From positions 1 through 48,093 of the forward strand of contig DATCNP010000185.1 of assembly GCA_036565205.1 (NCBI GenBank): DNA of 48,093 nucleotides, read 5' to 3'. The position numbers and the translations under genes are program-made. The notes below the pieces were generated by a model that did not search any database, was not told the origin of the DNA, and worked only from the letters and a program-made list of their open reading frames with translations. Every line of letters begins with the position of its first letter. The stretch's first letter is position 1. Positions 46,595-48,093 of this stretch are shown here, piece by piece. The stretch is from Solirubrobacteraceae bacterium. Lineage in GTDB: Bacteria > Actinomycetota > Thermoleophilia > Solirubrobacterales > Solirubrobacteraceae.

Positions 46595-46773
46595 GAGTTG
46601 CAGGCTAGCGGCCGTCCGCGAGCCGCCCGCCCGGCGCGGCGTCCAGAAGCCGTCCAGGCCGATTCCCTCGATCGGTGCGCTTGGTGTCGCCTTTGTCGCC
46701 CAAGTCTCCATAAAACATGGTCATCGAGGCGGGGCGGGGCGGCAGCGGCCAGGGCGGTCGATAGCAGGAGTTC

Positions 46774-47898
46774 GTGCGCATTTTCAATCGAAGTCTCAGC
46801 TCGCGGTCTTTGAACCTGCGGTCGGTGCTCCTGGCCGCGCTCGTTCTCTGCGCTCTGAGTGCGTCGCCGGCGCTCGCGCGCTCCGGGAGCCTGGGCGGGC
46901 GCGTACTTCGAATGGGAATGCAGGGCGCGGATGTGGGGACGTTGCAGGCCGACCTGTCTCGCCTCGGCTTCCGGACTCCGGCCGATGGGGTGTTCGGGCC
47001 GGCCACCGAGCGCAACGTCGTGCGCTTCGAACGTCGGTACCGGCTGAGCGTCAACGGCCTCGTCGACGCCGCGTTCAAGCGCAGGCTCACGCAGCTGCTC
47101 ACGCAGCGGCACGACCGTTCAAAGACGCCCGTGACGAGCGGTGCGGTACCGCTCGCCCCTCCGACCACGTCACCGGTTGGCTCGCCGTCGGGCTCACCCG
47201 CCGGACCCGGCTCGGGCTCAGTGCAGCTCGGCCAGCGTGTGCTGCAAAGCGGGATGACCGGCGCCGACGTGCGCGAGCTGCAGACCGACCTGACGATCGC
47301 GGGCTTTCCAACCGGCGTCGACGGTGGCTTCGGCCCACAGACGCAGAGCAGCGTGATCTCGTTCGAGCAGGCGCACGGGTTCACGCCGGACGGAATCGTC
47401 ACCGCCGCGGTGGCAAAGCTGCTGCTCCGGACCGTCGCCTCGCTCGAGGCAGGGGGGAGCGTGGCAAAGGCCACGATCAACTCCGACGGAACCGCAGCCG
47501 CGCCGGCCGGCGCACCGGCAACGGTCAGAGCGGTGATCGCCGCCGCCAACCAGATCAGCTCCAAGCCGTACCGGTTCGCGGGCGGGCACCAGAGGTGGAA
47601 CGACCGGGGCTACGACTGCTCCGGCGCGGTGAGCTACGCGCTGCACGGCGCCGGATTGCTCTCCTCGTCTAAGGACTCGACCGAGCTCGAGTCATACGGC
47701 AGCGCCGGACCCGGCCGCTGGATCACGATCTACGCCGACCGGGGCCACACCTGGATCGTCGTGGCCGGCCTGGCCTTTAACACCGCCCATTACGCCGCCG
47801 CGACCCCGAAGGGCTCTGGCCCCCGCTGGTTCACCGACCCGACGGCGAACCTGGCCGACGGCGGCCGCTACTTCGTCCGGCATCCCGCCGGGCTCTGA
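46774..47898 (+). CDS. Secreted cell-wall hydrolase: two peptidoglycan-binding domains + NlpC/P60-like domain
   Basis: RBS AGGAG, signal peptide, two GADVxxLQ...DGxFGPxT repeats, catalytic YDCSGAVSYAL...HTW. Confidence 0.85.
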   Translation: MRIFNRSLSSRSLNLRSVLLAALVLCALSASPALARSGSLGGRVLRMGMQGADVGTLQADLSRLGFRTPADGVFGPATERNVVRFERRYRLSVNGLVDAAFKRRLTQLLTQRHDRSKTPVTSGAVPLAPPTTSPVGSPSGSPAGPGSGSVQLGQRVLQSGMTGADVRELQTDLTIAGFPTGVDGGFGPQTQSSVISFEQAHGFTPDGIVTAAVAKLLLRTVASLEAGGSVAKATINSDGTAAAPAGAPATVRAVIAAANQISSKPYRFAGGHQRWNDRGYDCSGAVSYALHGAGLLSSSKDSTELESYGSAGPGRWITIYADRGHTWIVVAGLAFNTAHYAAATPKGSGPRWFTDPTANLADGGRYFVRHPAGL

Positions 47899-47980
47899 GC
47901 GTCTCGGGGGCACGCGTCGTGGCACGCGTCGTCCCCGGCACGCCCGGGATGCGCCGGTGGTCCCCGCACCCCGGGGACCT

Positions 47981-48082
47981 CCGAAACGCGGAAAATCGCC
48001 ACCCGCGCCGGCGATTTTCCGCGTTTCGGCTGACCAGGATCGATTTCGCGGAAAATTGCCCGGGGGCGATGCGATTTTCCGC
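47981..48082. repeat. Tandem REP-like palindromes
   Basis: Perfect 20-bp inverted repeat (47981-48000 / 48010-48029). A second copy GCGGAAAATTGC-N11-GCGATTTTCCGC lies at 48048-48082, 60 bp downstream of the first core. Confidence 0.8.
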
Positions 48083-48093
48083 AATATGAAGGC

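Noticed and set aside
46600-46773. c-di-AMP (ydaO) riboswitch upstream of the cell-wall hydrolase
   Set aside because: Expected from context, but I could not find the conserved ydaO sequence elements.
47981-48093. CRISPR array
   Set aside because: Only two units, variation lies inside the palindrome loop, and there are no cas genes in the window. Fits REP-like elements better.

Overview
High-GC chromosomal segment from an actinobacterium. Gene content and style suggest Thermoleophilia/Solirubrobacterales, but this is inference. It carries about 43 genes and shows no rRNA, tRNA, CRISPR array, transposase or prophage. Left to right: the tail of a sensor kinase with a lipoprotein/membrane-fusion/MacB-type ABC cassette; a head-to-head BCCP-carboxyltransferase / acetoacetate-CoA ligase pair; an AbiEi-DUF559 gene; htrA; then a ~19 kb phosphate island (pit, ppk1, sixA, ppx, two PhoB/OmpR-type regulators, pstSCAB, phoU) interrupted by a frameshifted CocE/NonD hydrolase, a DUF3105 gene and a putative copper operon. 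After it come two peptidase E paralogs, mprAB, ligD, ftsH/NYN/arfB, cspA, korAB, a rhodanese, an NlpC/P60-like wall hydrolase and tandem REP-like palindromes at the right edge. The most notable feature is the Pho control region. An atypical Cys-rich response regulator is followed by a receiver-less winged-helix paralog with an almost identical recognition helix. No PhoR kinase lies in the locus. Two promoters each carry four in-phase 11-bp PHO-box-like repeats with identical geometry. Many start codons were re-assigned from the ORF track using leaderless -10 boxes, RBSs and stop/start overlaps.
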